Source of the DNA: Moniliella sp. 'wahieum'
Lineage: Eukaryota
Assembly: GCA_003971905.1 (NCBI GenBank)
Contig: RSEE01000016.1
Coordinates: forward strand, 558,001 to 622,000
Direction: 5' to 3'
DNA length: 64,000 nucleotides
Part shown: positions 11,093 to 24,005 of the stretch, piece by piece
Layout of the letters: each line of letters starts with the position of its first letter
How positions within the stretch are numbered: the stretch's first letter is position 1
Program-made: the position numbers and the translations under genes
Notes under the pieces: generated by a model
Seen by the model: the letters and a program-made list of their open reading frames with translations, nothing else
Database searches by the model: none
What the model was told of the DNA's origin: nothing

Positions 11093-14000
11093 GCGGGCGG
11101 TTGGTGGCAGCAAGAGAAGGCGGCGGCGGTAGTAGCAGGGAAGCGGGTGGGAGTGGAGTAGGTGGCGTAGAACGGGAAGGAAGAGACGGAGAAGCGGTGG
11201 CGTGGTGGCGGCCGAGCAAGCCGAGGGCCTACCTGTCTTGCTGCGTCTGAGTCGCTCGAAAAGGGGCGGCAAGACTGAGACTCAGTTGCGTACTGAGACT
11301 GGGTATCGGGAGGCTGGCGGCCGAGTATAAAACTGTGATAGCCCACACTGGCCCGCTGCCGGGTTTATCCACAGCGGACAGCTGCTATTTGCGAGTGCTA
11401 CGGCCTGCTACGGCTTGCTACGGCAGGCCCCATAGCATGCAACACGCACTAAGGGCATCCGTCCCAGCTCCCGCGACCCTGGATGCTGAGTCGCTGACAC
11501 ACCGATGCAAGAGATTGGCAGTTACGTGTGTGATGTACAACGCGGTTACCCTGTCCGCATGGCGAGGGGGCAGTCGAAACGCTGAGCATGCTCAGCGGTT
11601 CTGGCCCCCAGAGGTGTTCTGTTAGATCGATGCTATTTCTCCGACCTCCCAATTCTACCGCCCTTTTGCTTGCTCTCTCTTGGCCATCTGTCTGGTGCCC
11701 ATCACTCAGCCAGCACTCAGTACTACTCAGTAGTACCCAGTACTCAGTACTCAGTTACAGTAGTACTCTCAGACATACTCTTCAGTGTATCGGCGCCAGC
11801 GCAACACTGGCGTTACAGGGGGTTAGACCTATTGCCGCGTTCCCTTACTTTTTACATGCCGTCGGCCCCTCGCACGTGCGTGGGCCGGGCCATTCCTCTC
11901 AGCCATTCCATCCGTCGTACAACGCGCAACGGCCAGCGGCCAACACTCAGCCTGAGCGTTTCCCCATGGCCCCTGAGCGCCTGAGCGCCTGAGCGCCTCA
12001 GGGAGACATGGGATCTGTGAGATCTGAGATCGGAGAGTGAATTGCCATGCATATGCTACTATCACATTGTCACTTACTGTGGCCATGTGTACGCGAGGGT
12101 TGGCGCTGGTTATTCTGGTTGTTTGGCTGCATAGGCGCTAGGTCCCAGGTTGGGTGCCGGCGGAATATCTCTTAGACTGACGCAAAGCTCGGGGCGATCT
12201 GCGCCGTGCACAGGAAACGGCTGGGCCGGGCGAAGTGGCCAAAATCGCATGACTTTGGAGGTGTCGTGTCGAGAGCAGCACAGAGCTCTATCCCCCCGCA
12301 CACCCCTGCCGCACTGCCCACCTGCCTCTCACCCGCTCGGATTTCCCGGATATGCCATATTTCAAATTGCAATCGTCCGCGATGCATCATCGATCCATGA
12401 TTCTCGACTGTAGCCGCCCCATCGGCCTCACGGACGCATACCAACAGCTGCATGTACGAATCCACCCTGTTCGAACCTCTTCAGCGCATCGAGCTTGGGC
12501 TCCCAGCTCCCCAGGCTCACACCCGTCATCCAGCCCTCGAAACTCACAGAGCTTCAGAGGGCCAGGCCTCTCACAGCGGGGCTCTCACATCGTCACACCT
12601 CCGTCACACCTGCAACGTTGACTGTGACATGTGAGGCCTGAGGCTCAGGCGCTCAGGCCTGAGGCGTTGTTGCATGTGACTAAGAGCTGCTGAGCGCTCG
12701 CTGAGCGCTGAGCCCCAACCAATGGCAACCGGTACCTTCCCCACGATTCAAGTTCTGACGCGGATGCCTGTCAGAGAGTCAGTAGTCAGAAGCGCGTTGG
12801 CACATCTTGTTGCTCCGCGTTCCCTCTCCTCCACCTCCGGCAAGTTCCTTTTTAGGGAAGGAGAGGCGATGATGGTGGTCGCATTCTAAAGAGGAGACCG
12901 TCAGGGGCTCAACATATGGGAGTCGCGTAGAACAGTGTGGAAGGGAGGTGATTTGTCAGATTGCTTACGCGCTGATACTTTTTGCACTAACAGTGTCACC
13001 ATGTCACTACTCTGCACGGTGGATCTTGAATTCCATGATGCATGTGATGTGGTTTCCGTACCGTAGGCCTCTCGAGGAGAGACTGTGCACAACAGACGGA
13101 AGCAGGAAATGTCCCGCACTGTGAGGGGGGCATTTCTCCCACTCAATACGCAGATATTCAGGCCTTTCTTGTGCTGTGATGTGCATGATGGCGATGATCA
13201 TTGTCACAATCGGGGCTAAGGCGAGGGAGACCAGAATCGGGACTAGGCCAAGGGGTGTAGCAACCGTTCGTGAGGAAGAAGCAAGAACAGAGGACATGGT
13301 GCGAAGTGGAAGAAACAGGGAAAGAGCAAGACGCTCGGGACGAAGAAACTGGAAATGGGAGCGAGATCAGCCAAACTATATGATGGAGACATCCCGGGTT
13401 GTCGAAAAAGGCCAGTTCATTCAACAGTTCTGCCTTGATAAACTGCGGATCAAGATGAGACGGTCCAGGTAACAATCGCCCCCTCTCTCTTGATTTGTGT
13501 ATAATGGCGAATTGCTGGCGGGTCGTGTCACCGTCGCTACTAAGAAGTCGAACTTGTGCAATGTCATGGGTACATCCTCACAAGACTTTCTTCCGAAAAG
13601 GCAGTAGAACCACTGTCGCCCTTTCAACGTCTAGGTGGTCCTCTGGCTCCAACGCGCTCACAGAGCTTCGATCTTCATATATACTAGCAGTCAACCCCCA
13701 CAGCGAAATGTCGTTACAGTCCACGTGGTGGAACGGAGGAGGAACTTCTTCCACAAATATAGCCGTGGATGATCTTGAGGTTCCCGCCAATAGGTAGAGT
13801 GTGCCCCTGTCACTGCCAGAAGATGTCTTGCTGATATGATCTCCATGCAGGGTGCGACAATATGGACGTCGTACGTGAGATGGACGACGACGCATAATAA
13901 CGGGGGCTTCTTGGGGATGTGGTCAACGTGGTGTTGATTCTGAACCAAAAACACGGACCGCACAAGACACCGCACAACACAGAAGGTCATCTTCTCTTGT

Positions 14001-14879
14001 TCTCATTTTTTTGGATTTGGGCTTAGTCGCCTCCGCTGTTGAGCCACCGCGGATGGCCCGTCTGTTTTGGCCAACCTCTCCTCCTCAGTCGCATAGGAGT
14101 TCCGTTGTTTTGTCGCTTCTGTTTTTCTTGGTTCCGCAACCATATAGCCCCTGTGGTGGCGAAAAGACCGACAGAGTTGTATGTTGGCTGGTGCTTCCGC
14201 ATTAGTTGAAGTTCCTTTGTATACTTAGGCGTTCCTGGCTGGCTTAGTCCACCACCATCAGTGCGATTGCATCACCCTCGAGGACCATTTGGATGTTGTT
14301 GGCACGCATCCTCAGGCCACAGGCCTCACGAAGGACATAAAATATGGCGTACAGGTTAGCAGGCCTCGTTGAATCGTTCACCGGTGGCGGTTTGTGCATG
14401 ATAGTCACCTCCGTCTTTGTTGTGACGTCAGCGCATCATCCGCTGCAGGCTCGGACGGCCAGCCACGGCCGAGGGCGGGGTTTCGTATGCCGACGTCCGG
14501 CCTCTCTGGGGCTCTCCAGGCTCTCCAGGGCACTCTCCGCCTCCTCCAAGCAGTCGAATCACGGCCAGGGATCGGTATTGCGAGCCCGTCGTCCGGAGTC
14601 TCGGGCGAACAAACGGCGAACGGCCAACCGCGTACCGCCTATCTCGATCTCCGCCATATCTCCCCCGAGGCCTCTCTCTCAGTGCTATACACACATTGTC
14701 CGCTGCCGAGAGACGAGTATTCTGCAGTGCCCTCGCATGTTCCACTCTCCTGTGCCTTCGCCATAGTGGGTTTTGTATAAAAGGTAAGCCCCCAATGGCC
14801 CATCGGTTGTTTCCTTTCACCATCGTTCCCCACTCCCCGCTCCCACACCGTTCTCGTCGCCGCTTTTCCCATCTCAACC

Positions 14880-15459
14880 ATGCTTGCTCGCATTGCTCCC
14901 ACCGTTCGCCCGGCCGTTCGTGCCGCTATGCGCCCTGCGATTGCCGCCCGCGGCATCGCTACGCTCGATTCGGTTGTGTACACGGCCAAGGCTGAGGCTT
15001 CGGGCCTCGGCCGTAATGGTCGTGTTGTGGTCCCCGAGGCCAACTTTGACTTCCAACTGGCGTAAGCATTTCTCAATCCCATCTCTTTACTTGCCCTGTG
15101 TCCTGACCTTAACTCTGCCTTGACGCGATTGCAGTATTCCCAAGGCAATGGGCGGTACTGGAGAAGGTACCAACCCCGAGCAACTCTTCAGCGCGGGGTG
15201 GAGCTCCTGCTTCCTTTCAGCACTGCAGTTCGGGGCCCGGACCAACAAACTGAAGGTCCCCGAAGACCTCAAGATCCGTGTAGAGGCCCACATGGGCAAG
15301 CCTTCCGATGGCTCTGCCTTTGGCCTTGGCGCCGACATTTACGCTGAGTCTGCCTCGACTGATGTTGAGGCGATTAAGAAGCTTATGGAGATTGCCCATA
15401 GCATCTGCCCCTACTCTCGGGCTACTCGGGGAAACATTGAGGTCAAGCTTCACCCGTAA
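14880..15459 (+). CDS. ohr: Ohr (organic hydroperoxide resistance, OsmC/Ohr family) with mitochondrial presequence; intron 15062-15134
   Basis: VYTAKAEASGLGRNG, PKAMGG.G.GTNPEQLFSAGWSSCF and AHSICPYSRATRGNIEV motifs with both catalytic Cys; Arg/Ala-rich, acid-free N-terminus. Confidence 0.92.
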
Positions 15460-16447
15460 AGTGTGGTATTCACCATTCCTTGTTTGAAGCATGCAATCAT
15501 CCTATTCCCATCGATATTCAACACAAACATAGGTCCTTTCGTCAATATAATTGTTGACTGTAGTATAGTGACCATCACAACGTTGACAAGAGTGTGTGAT
15601 ACAATAGTCTCTGCCTGTCGTAGTTGTTGGCGTTAAACTCTCCTCCTATACATAAGACGATGAGGGAGGGAGAGGGGTGGTGCAAACACAGAGTGGAGAT
15701 TGTCGGAGCGGTTTAGTTGCGGGATTTGTCAGTCCTGCTGTAATGCTTTGGTCAGTGAATATCGAGAACTGTCTTCAAGCTTTTATCCATCAAGATGTGT
15801 GTTTGTATTGGATCTAGGCCAGTGCATTTCGAGATTTTGGCGAGTGTGGAGCTTAGACAGGTGGCACTTAACTCTCCTTAGCAATCACCCGCTTTTCGGC
15901 CAGAGGTAGTATCGAGATTTTTTCTACCGACTTTAAACTGGACATTGGAACCAACTGATGGTGCAGGTAGGTGACAACGAAATGAAGCTCGCGCCAGGGG
16001 TTGAACCTTCCTAATTATCGTCTCTTAGCAATGAGAAGATGCGCCGGGCTTGGGTACAGCATGCAGGGATGCACTCATCAGCATACGGAGAACATGTTCC
16101 GCCCACACCACCCTATTTCCCTGGTAGGGAGAGGGGGCTGTTGAACCAGGCTTGGATCCAGCCTGATTCCTCTGGATCGCTTGCCGGTACGAGTGTAGAC
16201 CCAATCGATCCATGGCGAGCACTGGCATCCCGGTTCCCTCCCGAGGCGCACGTTCGGCACCGTCCACCCTCTCCCAGCAGGAGAGCTGGGCACCCAACAT
16301 AGGATTTACTACCTAAGCACACCAAACGTTGGTATTCCTGCAATCCTACCTATATATCTCCGCAGTACAATACCCGCCTAAAGAGCTCAAGTGAAAGTGC
16401 CATAAGAGTGCAGTGGATCATGCAGCTTAGATTGAGAGGACCGGAGT

Positions 16448-17150
16448 CTAGTAAACGATGGGTTCGGGGCGTTTGGAAAAGACGTTTTTTTGCGGATCAA
16501 TGCGACCACCTCGTAGTAGGTAGGGGTGGAGGATAAATTATCGTCCTCTACTTGCGGCACGTCCGACACCTCGTTGGGAACGTCACCCATACGTGACGGG
16601 GACGAGGAAAAATCTACCGCGTCCGAGTAGGGGGCAGCTGGTTTCCGGGGAGTGCTCAATGGGCTAGAGCGAAGCACCTTTCTTCCTCCACATCCTTTGG
16701 TTCCGGGGAAGAAGGTGCTTTCCGGACTCGTTTTCGCTGGGGCTCATCTTGCTGAGGTTTCACTTTTCTCCTTTCTTTTGGAGCAGAGCACGGCCAGTGG
16801 TTTTTGCAGGGAGACAACTTTGCCTTCGAGCCTGTGCCGCGAGATCGTGAGGATCGGATGCTCCTGGGAAGTAATTGTGAGAAGGTGGACGAAAGAATCA
16901 AAAGGATACATACCGAAAACGTCTTTTCCCAGCTCAAAGATCCGATGATATGAGCAGGAGCCAGCTGGTCGGGTGCGTCGTCGTCGTAAGCTTCGTTCTG
17001 ACCCGTGCCGTCGATGTCGAAACTGCCTTGAATCTCGATGAGAATCGGTTCACCCTGGGGCGCCATCTGTGCCAGTTGAGTGGGAACAGTGGCAGGAAAG
17101 GTGGTGGGCTTCCCACGGGGGTCGACCGGGATGTGGATGTGGATGCGCAT
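16448..17150 (-). CDS. CTF8: Chromosome transmission fidelity protein 8 (Ctf18-RFC subunit); one intron, frameshift in A-run near 16490
   Basis: ILIEIQGSF, IGSLSW, PILTISRHRLEGKVVSLQKPLAVL and YEVVALIRKK..FSKRPEPI match the Ctf8 family pattern. Confidence 0.8.
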
Positions 17151-17534
17151 CGTTGGTGGTGCCAAGGGAACAAGCGAACAATTGTGGCGCGGGCAAGTAC
17201 GCGTGATTCGTGAGTGAACGACGCGGCGCGACCTGGCGCGACGTGGATGCAATTTGCAATTCAGCTGCGCCCACCACCAACATTTCATTCTTGGCCCTGG
17301 ACAGCCCCCGTTGATTGCACCGCCTCCGCCCTTGTTCGGCTATGGCCCCCTCTGTATCGTTTGCGTAGTTGCGCCTCCATGCACACACGTACGATCCTAC
17401 AAGACAAAGTGCGGATTCTAGAATACGACAGGCCGTAACGGGTGACAGGAACAAACGAAGGTAGAGGGACCGAGCCGTGCAAAAGATGTGCCCTTGTTTA
17501 CCGATGAATTTCATTCTTTCGGTCGGCATCTCGT

Positions 17535-20500
17535 TCAAGGTGCCTGAGCGACAAGGGCGGCCGTCGAGTACATCTTATCCGGGGAAAGGAAGTGCATGTG
17601 GATCATCAGCTCATGGCAGGTGCTCGTCAGCCCCCCCAGCGTGCGCAATGTGTCCGGGGAAAAACTGTAGTCGGGCGAGAGGGTCTTGATGACGGTCGAG
17701 ATCCCCACAATCTGTCGCACCAGCCGATTTGCCTCTTCCCAAAGCCGATCCACGGGAGCGTCGCGCTCGCCAGGCGTACGACGCGGCGTCATACTGCATT
17801 CTTGCCATGTTGAACGCAGAAGCCCCGTCAAACGATCACACTCCATCGCCTTGGATCGGAGCGAAGCCAGAAGCATCCCGACGCGAGCGTCTCGCAAACC
17901 ACCAGCAGGAGTGCTAGATCGTGGCGACCGCCCAGGGCTCGTCCCCCTGCTGGGGAGTCACTGTCCGGAAGAGCAAGCGATAGCCGGACCTGAGACTCCT
18001 TATTAGTAAAGTGCTGAATGTCCTCGTCTAATGCTGGGCCCAATAAGTTAGCCCATGCCGTGGCCGAGGTCATGGTGACCTTGTCCACCAAATTCAGTAG
18101 GTGGCTGTCCAGATCATCTGTCGGTTCGACTTGGTCCGAGCCCGAGAGGGATGCTGGAGCACGGCGCCGTCCTTCTTGTGGAGGTGAAGATCGTTCCTCT
18201 TTGAAGTCCGTCAGCTCGGTGCTGTGCAGGCTACTGATCGACCCGACCCGAGTCCCATCTTCATACACCAACTGACCTGTTCTGGTCCGGACAAATCCAC
18301 TCCTCTTCCGCGCCCGGGATGGCGCAGGTGGCTCTGCCAGACTTTCCCTGGACGACCCAGCGTCAAGCCATTCAGCGGAAGAGTTGCTGATACCTTGAGA
18401 ATGATACGGCCCCATGGTTGGCCTTCGAACCAGAGCTTGTGCCGGTGGGCTCGGACTTACTCGATCCTCCACCTTGAAGGGGGTGTGAGACTTGGGGGAT
18501 GAAGAGGATATGATGGACTGTTCGCTTATTGTGGCCAAAGTATTGTCCAACTTGTCTGCCCGCAAGGGCACCAACGTGGTGTCAGCGCGCAGATAGGCCT
18601 GGACCGACTCCATGTCGGGCTTGATTGCAAACCAGCAATTGCTACTCGACGCAGCTGCCATAAAGCATCATGAGAAATGCTCGGGTCAGACGCACGTCGG
18701 CTGTTTGCTGAAGTGGTTTGAGCTGCAGCTGCAACACCGATGTCACTCGCTTAAATGTGGATAGTGAATCGCGGCAGGCGATCAGAACAAGGCGTACAAC
18801 TTGCATATGCTCTGAATCGGTGGTCGAGGCCGTGCGCGCAACCGAGTCAAAGCGATCCAAAGCACGAATGAGTCCTGTCATTGAAGTGCTCGCCACCTCA
18901 AGGATCTTGTGGAATTGGAGGGAGATGCGTTCGTCCAGGGTCAACGAAACGTACTGCTTCAACGCCGAGTGGATCTGACTTAGTGAGAAGAGGAGTCCGC
19001 GCGTCCCATCGACAAAACGCAAAACAGGAGTGGGAATCGTTTTGGTTGCCAGAGGCATAGGCATGGCCGAGAAACGCTTAAAGTACGAGTTGCGTTCTGT
19101 GTCGATAGACTTTCCTCGTCCATGCGTTAAAGGGTTAGACGGTGTGGCAGAACGAACTTGAGTAACGGGAACGACCTTGCGGATCCCACTCGTATCCGAT
19201 TCAGCCATGCTCCCTGTATGTGAGTGATTAGAGGGAGGATGGCAAGGTGGGCAAAGAAGGCGTGAAACCCATGGAGAGCAGTCGGCTGACTGAGTCGGAC
19301 GGGGAATGCGAGGTAGATGAGGATGTCGTAGCGCTTGAGGCCAAGCTCAACTTGCGCAGGCCTTGTGGCAGCTGTCGTGGGGGCGGGTGTGGATCGGGAG
19401 GTGGAGAACGGACGGAGTGAATCGAGGTAGAGTAAGGTGTCATATCAGGGCATCGGCCAAGGACTTGACCGATCCCCCTGCGCTATGACTCGACCCATGC
19501 AAAGATGAGGACGAAGAAGCGGCACTGGGATGATGAGTATGCTCAGGGGCCAAGATGGCCTCGCCCATAGTGGGTGTGACCATTTGTTCGACCGCGTCAT
19601 TTGTAAGAGATGCATCGGCCAATTCCCCTGTTTGGGAGGGGTGTTGGGGTTCAATTGGAAAGGCTGAATTGGCGGACCCATCTTGACCAGAAAAGTGGGC
19701 GCGCGGCGTCGGGACTCAGGAAATTGATCCTCCGATAATGATTTGCGCAATTCAGGCCCTGTAACTGGTTCCGGTCCAGGTGTACGCGGGGCTCGAGTGG
19801 AAGTGCTAGAGGACAAAGAGACGATGGAAGCTCCCCCTTGTGAACCTCCTATGTTCGGGTGTGCAGTCGGCGTAGATCCTAGTGGGGGCGAGTCGGCTCG
19901 GGTGGCTGATTCATCCCCATGCCGATTGCGGCGGGGAAAAGCCCATCCTGAAGACGATTATTTAGGAAGACTGCCTGTCGATGTGGAGGAAATACTAGAC
20001 TCATTCCTCCTGTGGGCTCGGGAACGGGCCCAACGGGAAAATCCGAGACGGGGACAGGGGGAAGTGGGTCATCCAACGGGGAGTTGGCCAATTGGGTGAG
20101 GGTAGGTGGACCTTCACCCGGCGGAAACTCCGGGGCTGGGGAAAAGGTGCCTCGATCCACTGATTGGGTGTGGATTCCAAGGACGGGGTAGCAGTAGATG
20201 GTCGTGTTGGGGGTTGAATGGGAGGGATCAGAGCAGGTTCAGGTGTTTCCGAGGTTGGGGGAGGAGTGTAAAACCGCTCACCGCCAACACCATTGTCGAT
20301 TAACTGGGACATGCCATGCTCTGTCTCAAACGACTGAGACTTGTACGAAGATGTGGCTGACGTACCCTCGGGAAGAGAGGAAACAGTACTCGAGATACTG
20401 GCTTGGGATGTCATGGCTACCGGTGCAGCAAAGGGGGATTTGCGCGCTGAATCGCCTCCTTTTGGGACTGGAGGGGGTAGGGGACGAGAGGGTAGAGCAT

Positions 20501-21462
20501 GAGGTATATCGCGCGAATGAGAAGATCCATCGCGATCAGCTGTGATCGAAAACGAGGATGTGAGCTTGCCAGCCAAGGGGAAAATGGAAGGGGGGACGTA
20601 CAGCTTTGTTGTTGCTCGATCCAGTGCTGCAGATGGCGAATCCAGGGCACCATAGCCTGCTCCTCCTTGCGGCGTTTCTCATCAGCGCGTTTGCGCATGA
20701 GAATAGAACGCTGACGGTCGGTCAAGGAATCCGCATTTGGCGGAAGTGGGGGCTCGGGGGTAGCCGGAGAAGTAGGCAATGTGGCAATAGCGGGTGGAGG
20801 CCAAACCAGTGGGTTTCTCTCGATGCGCAAAATGCGCAGGTGGGACATACGAGCAATGTACGGGGGAAGTTGCTTAAGACGGTTGCTCGAAATGGAGAGA
20901 ACGCGTAGGTTGAGAAGTGAGCCTGGGCGGCTGGGCATGGCTTTGATACGGTTGCGGCCAATGTCAAGGATTTCGAGGGCAGGGAGCTCGGTGATGACAG
21001 ACGGGAATACAGTGAGGGCGTTTGCGCGGATGTTGAGGTAGCGCAAACGGTCCAGATCAGCAAAGCGGGACGGGAGAGACGAGATGTGGTTGTAGCCGAG
21101 AGCGAGGCGAAGAACGTGGGGCTGCATCTGCTCGATGAGGTGGGGCGAGACGTGCTTGAGCTTGCGGTTGCACAGGTCGATTGTGTCGCTGGCGCCGTCA
21201 GGAAGGAGATCTTCATCGTCTGCGGGTGGCAGGGACGCGGTGGACGCGGCACTCTGTGCGTGGCGGGCGATGCGCCCGACATGGCGAGGGGCGGGACCGA
21301 GGTGGTGGTGGGGGTGGGGGTGGCTCGGCATGGCGCCACAGGCAGGGTGGCAGTCGGCTTACGTACTGTGCTGGTGCCTGGCACTGGCACTGGCTGGGTG
21401 CTGGGTGCTGGCGGCGGCTGCTGGCGGCGGAGCGACCCGCGGTTGTCCGTCGCAGGCGGCAT
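17535..21462 (-). CDS. SOG2: RAM-network leucine-rich-repeat protein Sog2 (multiple frameshifted ORFs; start approximate)
   Basis: N-terminal LRRs (LRLALGYNHISSLP, LRYLNIRANALTVFP, LEILDIGRNRIKAMP), a long Pro/Ser linker, and a Sog2-type C-domain (RNSYFKRFS, RGLLFSLSQIHSAL, LIRALDRFD, LMMLYGS). Confidence 0.82.
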
Positions 21463-21759
21463 TCAGCGTTCACGCATGTGACGCGTGACTAGTGGCTAGC
21501 ACTGCTGTTCTGGTTCCGCGGGCAGCAGCTGAAATTTCAGGCCGACGCTCGATGCCCGATGCAAAAACCATGCGCTGCTTCTGCTCCGGCGCTTGAAGCT
21601 TCAATTCAAGCTCCAAGCCTCATCGATCTTCAACCATTGCAGCTTCAGCTCAAGCTTCAGCTTCAACTTCAACTTCAAGGCCCGACGTGAGCGCGCCAGC
21701 CGGAAGCCCAGGCCAACCAGAGCTCACCATCTCCTGCTCTCCCGCCAATTCGCCGTGTC

Positions 21760-22604
21760 ATGGCGATGCGTGCCTTCGCACCCCGCGCTTCCATTGTCCG
21801 CGCATCCCTCCTTCCACACCCCTTGCGATGCTCGCTCGGACCTCCGCTTCTCCGCCCAGTGAGCCCCGGCCCGGCCCCATTGCTGTCCCTGCCACCCGCC
21901 CTCGCATCGCTCTCGGCCCACCAGCCCAGCCTTTCGCCTCTGCATCTCGCCCGTGCTCACTACAGCACCTCCATCCCAACGCTGTCGTCGCTTCCGTCCA
22001 CCCCACCACCGTCTTCTTCTACGAAGCCGCCGACGCCTGATGAGGACGAAGCCAAGCCCCGAACAGTCAAAGAAAAACTCAAGTTTCTGTCCAAGCGATA
22101 CGGCTGGTGGGCTCTGTTCGTCTACATGCTCCTTTCCGCTGTCGATCTAAGCGGGATCTTCCTCTTGGTGCACACTCTTGGAGCTGAACATATCCGCAGC
22201 CTCGAGCATTCCTTCCGTACCCTCATTGGCTGGGAAAAAGACGAGAAGGATGAGCAAGCTACCGCCAAGCAGGTCGGCGCAGTTACTCACCTTCTCGGTA
22301 TTGAGGGCGGAAACGTCGAGCCGGGGGCTGCGAACAACGCCCCTGCTCGCCAGACAGCTGACGCTGGCACGGCTACCACTTCGCACGGTGCCGTCAACTC
22401 CACCATCTGGGCCGAATTCGTGTTGGCATACACGATTCACAAGACTCTCTTCCTCCGGTGCGCGTTATGGCTACTGCCGCTGTCCTGCCTAGCTTTGTTC
22501 GCCTCATGGTTCGTTGGGGTCTGGCCAAGCCTGCTGCTCAAGTCCGGCAGGCGGCTGTCAAGAGCAAAGCGAAAGCGGCAGCTGCGGCAGCAACCAAAAA
22601 GTAA
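21760..22604 (+). CDS. FAM210/DUF1279 (Nat2-like) mitochondrial membrane protein; frameshift ~22455
   Basis: Presequence-like N-terminus; KEKLKFLSKRYGWWALFVYMLLSAVDL and AEFVLAYTIHKTLFL motifs. Confidence 0.78.
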
Positions 22605-22754
22605 ATACACCCTTTCTCGTCTATCTCAGTCGACTCTGGGGAGTTTACTTGTCGTTACACTACTTTTTTGTTCGAATCCAAATGTTGCGTTTGGATTCCA
22701 TTGCTACATTCACGCACGCGCACGGTACTCCTTGACTGTAGAAAGCATGTGGCG

Positions 22755-23286
22755 TCAGCAGATGAAGCACAAGTCCATGGCAGGAGACACACCTTTGTAC
22801 ACAAAGTTGACCAAGATGGCGATGAAAATGGCAGCGCAAATGAGGGAGGACCAATCAGTCATCCAGGGGTCCAGGGTACTTGCGTTTGATGAGCGAGACA
22901 CGGCGATGGTAGTTGGACAGTCCCCAAAGGAGTGTCGAAACCGCAATGAGAACGTAGACCGAACCAAATGTGCGGATAAAGGTGCTGTCGACTGGCTTGT
23001 AGGGCGAGGGGATCGGCTCCACACCAGGCTCCGACGGAAGCGAGTCGTCAGGCGCATGCTCAAAGAACGAAGCCGAGTTGAGCATTGCCAGGGCAAACGA
23101 GCCGATCAGGAGGGAGGCCCGGAGCCATGCAATCCACGTCCGCTCGTTGGCAAACCACACCTTGGCCTCAATCTTGGCTGGGCTGGGCTGCGGCTTCTTG
23201 GAAGGACGGCGGCGGGGAGCAGTGGCACCGTATGAGCTGCTCTCCCCGTTTTGCACCAGAGGTGCACGCTCAGAAGTGGAAGCCAT
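22755..23286 (-). CDS. VTC1: Vacuolar transporter chaperone Vtc1-like (DUF202) membrane protein
   Basis: KIEAKVWFANERTWIAWL motif, three hydrophobic helices and YHRRVSLIKRKYPGPLDD; the C-terminal helix lies in a shifted frame. Confidence 0.75.
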
Positions 23287-23399
23287 GGCCGCTGGTAGTG
23301 TGAAGAGGCGAGCGGGTGTAGCCACAGCGCGAGATGGTGCAAAAAGAGCACGGTAGACTGAACTGAACTCCAGCGGGCAGGGCGTGATTACATAATTTG

Positions 23400-24005
23400 G
23401 TGGGTAGCCCACGTGCCCCAACTCCATGCGTCATTCGCGTCATAGGAGCTGCGCCCATGGCGGGGCGTTGCAATATTGCATTTTTGTGCAGGGGCGGGAC
23501 CGGTGGTGGGCGACGGAGACTTGATCTGAAATCTGAAGTTTCATTGGTCGGGCTGGGCACAGTCGTTTCGAAGTCGTGTTTTCCGAGGTTATACCACGGT
23601 CTGCCAAACACGATCTCATCATCGTCCTCGTCCTCGTCCTCGTCCTCGCCAGCAACGACCTCAGCCACCTCAAGCGTTCAATCTCAATGTTCGGCCCCCA
23701 CCCCGTCCAGAATATCCACTCTGGTCCTGATGCTCAGGAGCCGCATGGCGTGACCAAACGTCGCTACTCCGCGCAGTTATTCTGTTGCGTCGGACCCCAC
23801 CGCGGGTGGCTCGTGTGCTTTTTGTTGTTGGCCTATACATGTCTGTTCCGTCGGAGTTCCGTTGTTTTCTCGGGTCTGACTTCCTTGTTCCGCAGCCTAG
23901 TCCCTTGTGGCGACTGGCTGCTTGATTTTCATCTGTAGGCGTTGCTGAGTGGCTTAGACCATCACCCCCCACCACCAGTGCGATTGCATTGCCCTCGAAG
24001 ACCAT
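23400..24005 (-). CDS. Hypothetical protein with acidic tract (uncertain)
   Basis: Adjacent minus ORFs (23670-24005, 23270-23668) with an EDEDEDEDDDE tract; no family recognised. Confidence 0.25.

Noticed and set aside
12900..14000. Possible gene in short ORFs on both strands
   Set aside because: No coherent frame, splice pattern or recognisable domain.
21760..23235. 491-aa ORF overlapping VTC1 antisense
   Set aside because: An artefact of the frameshift near 22455; the FAM210-like protein appears to end at 22604.
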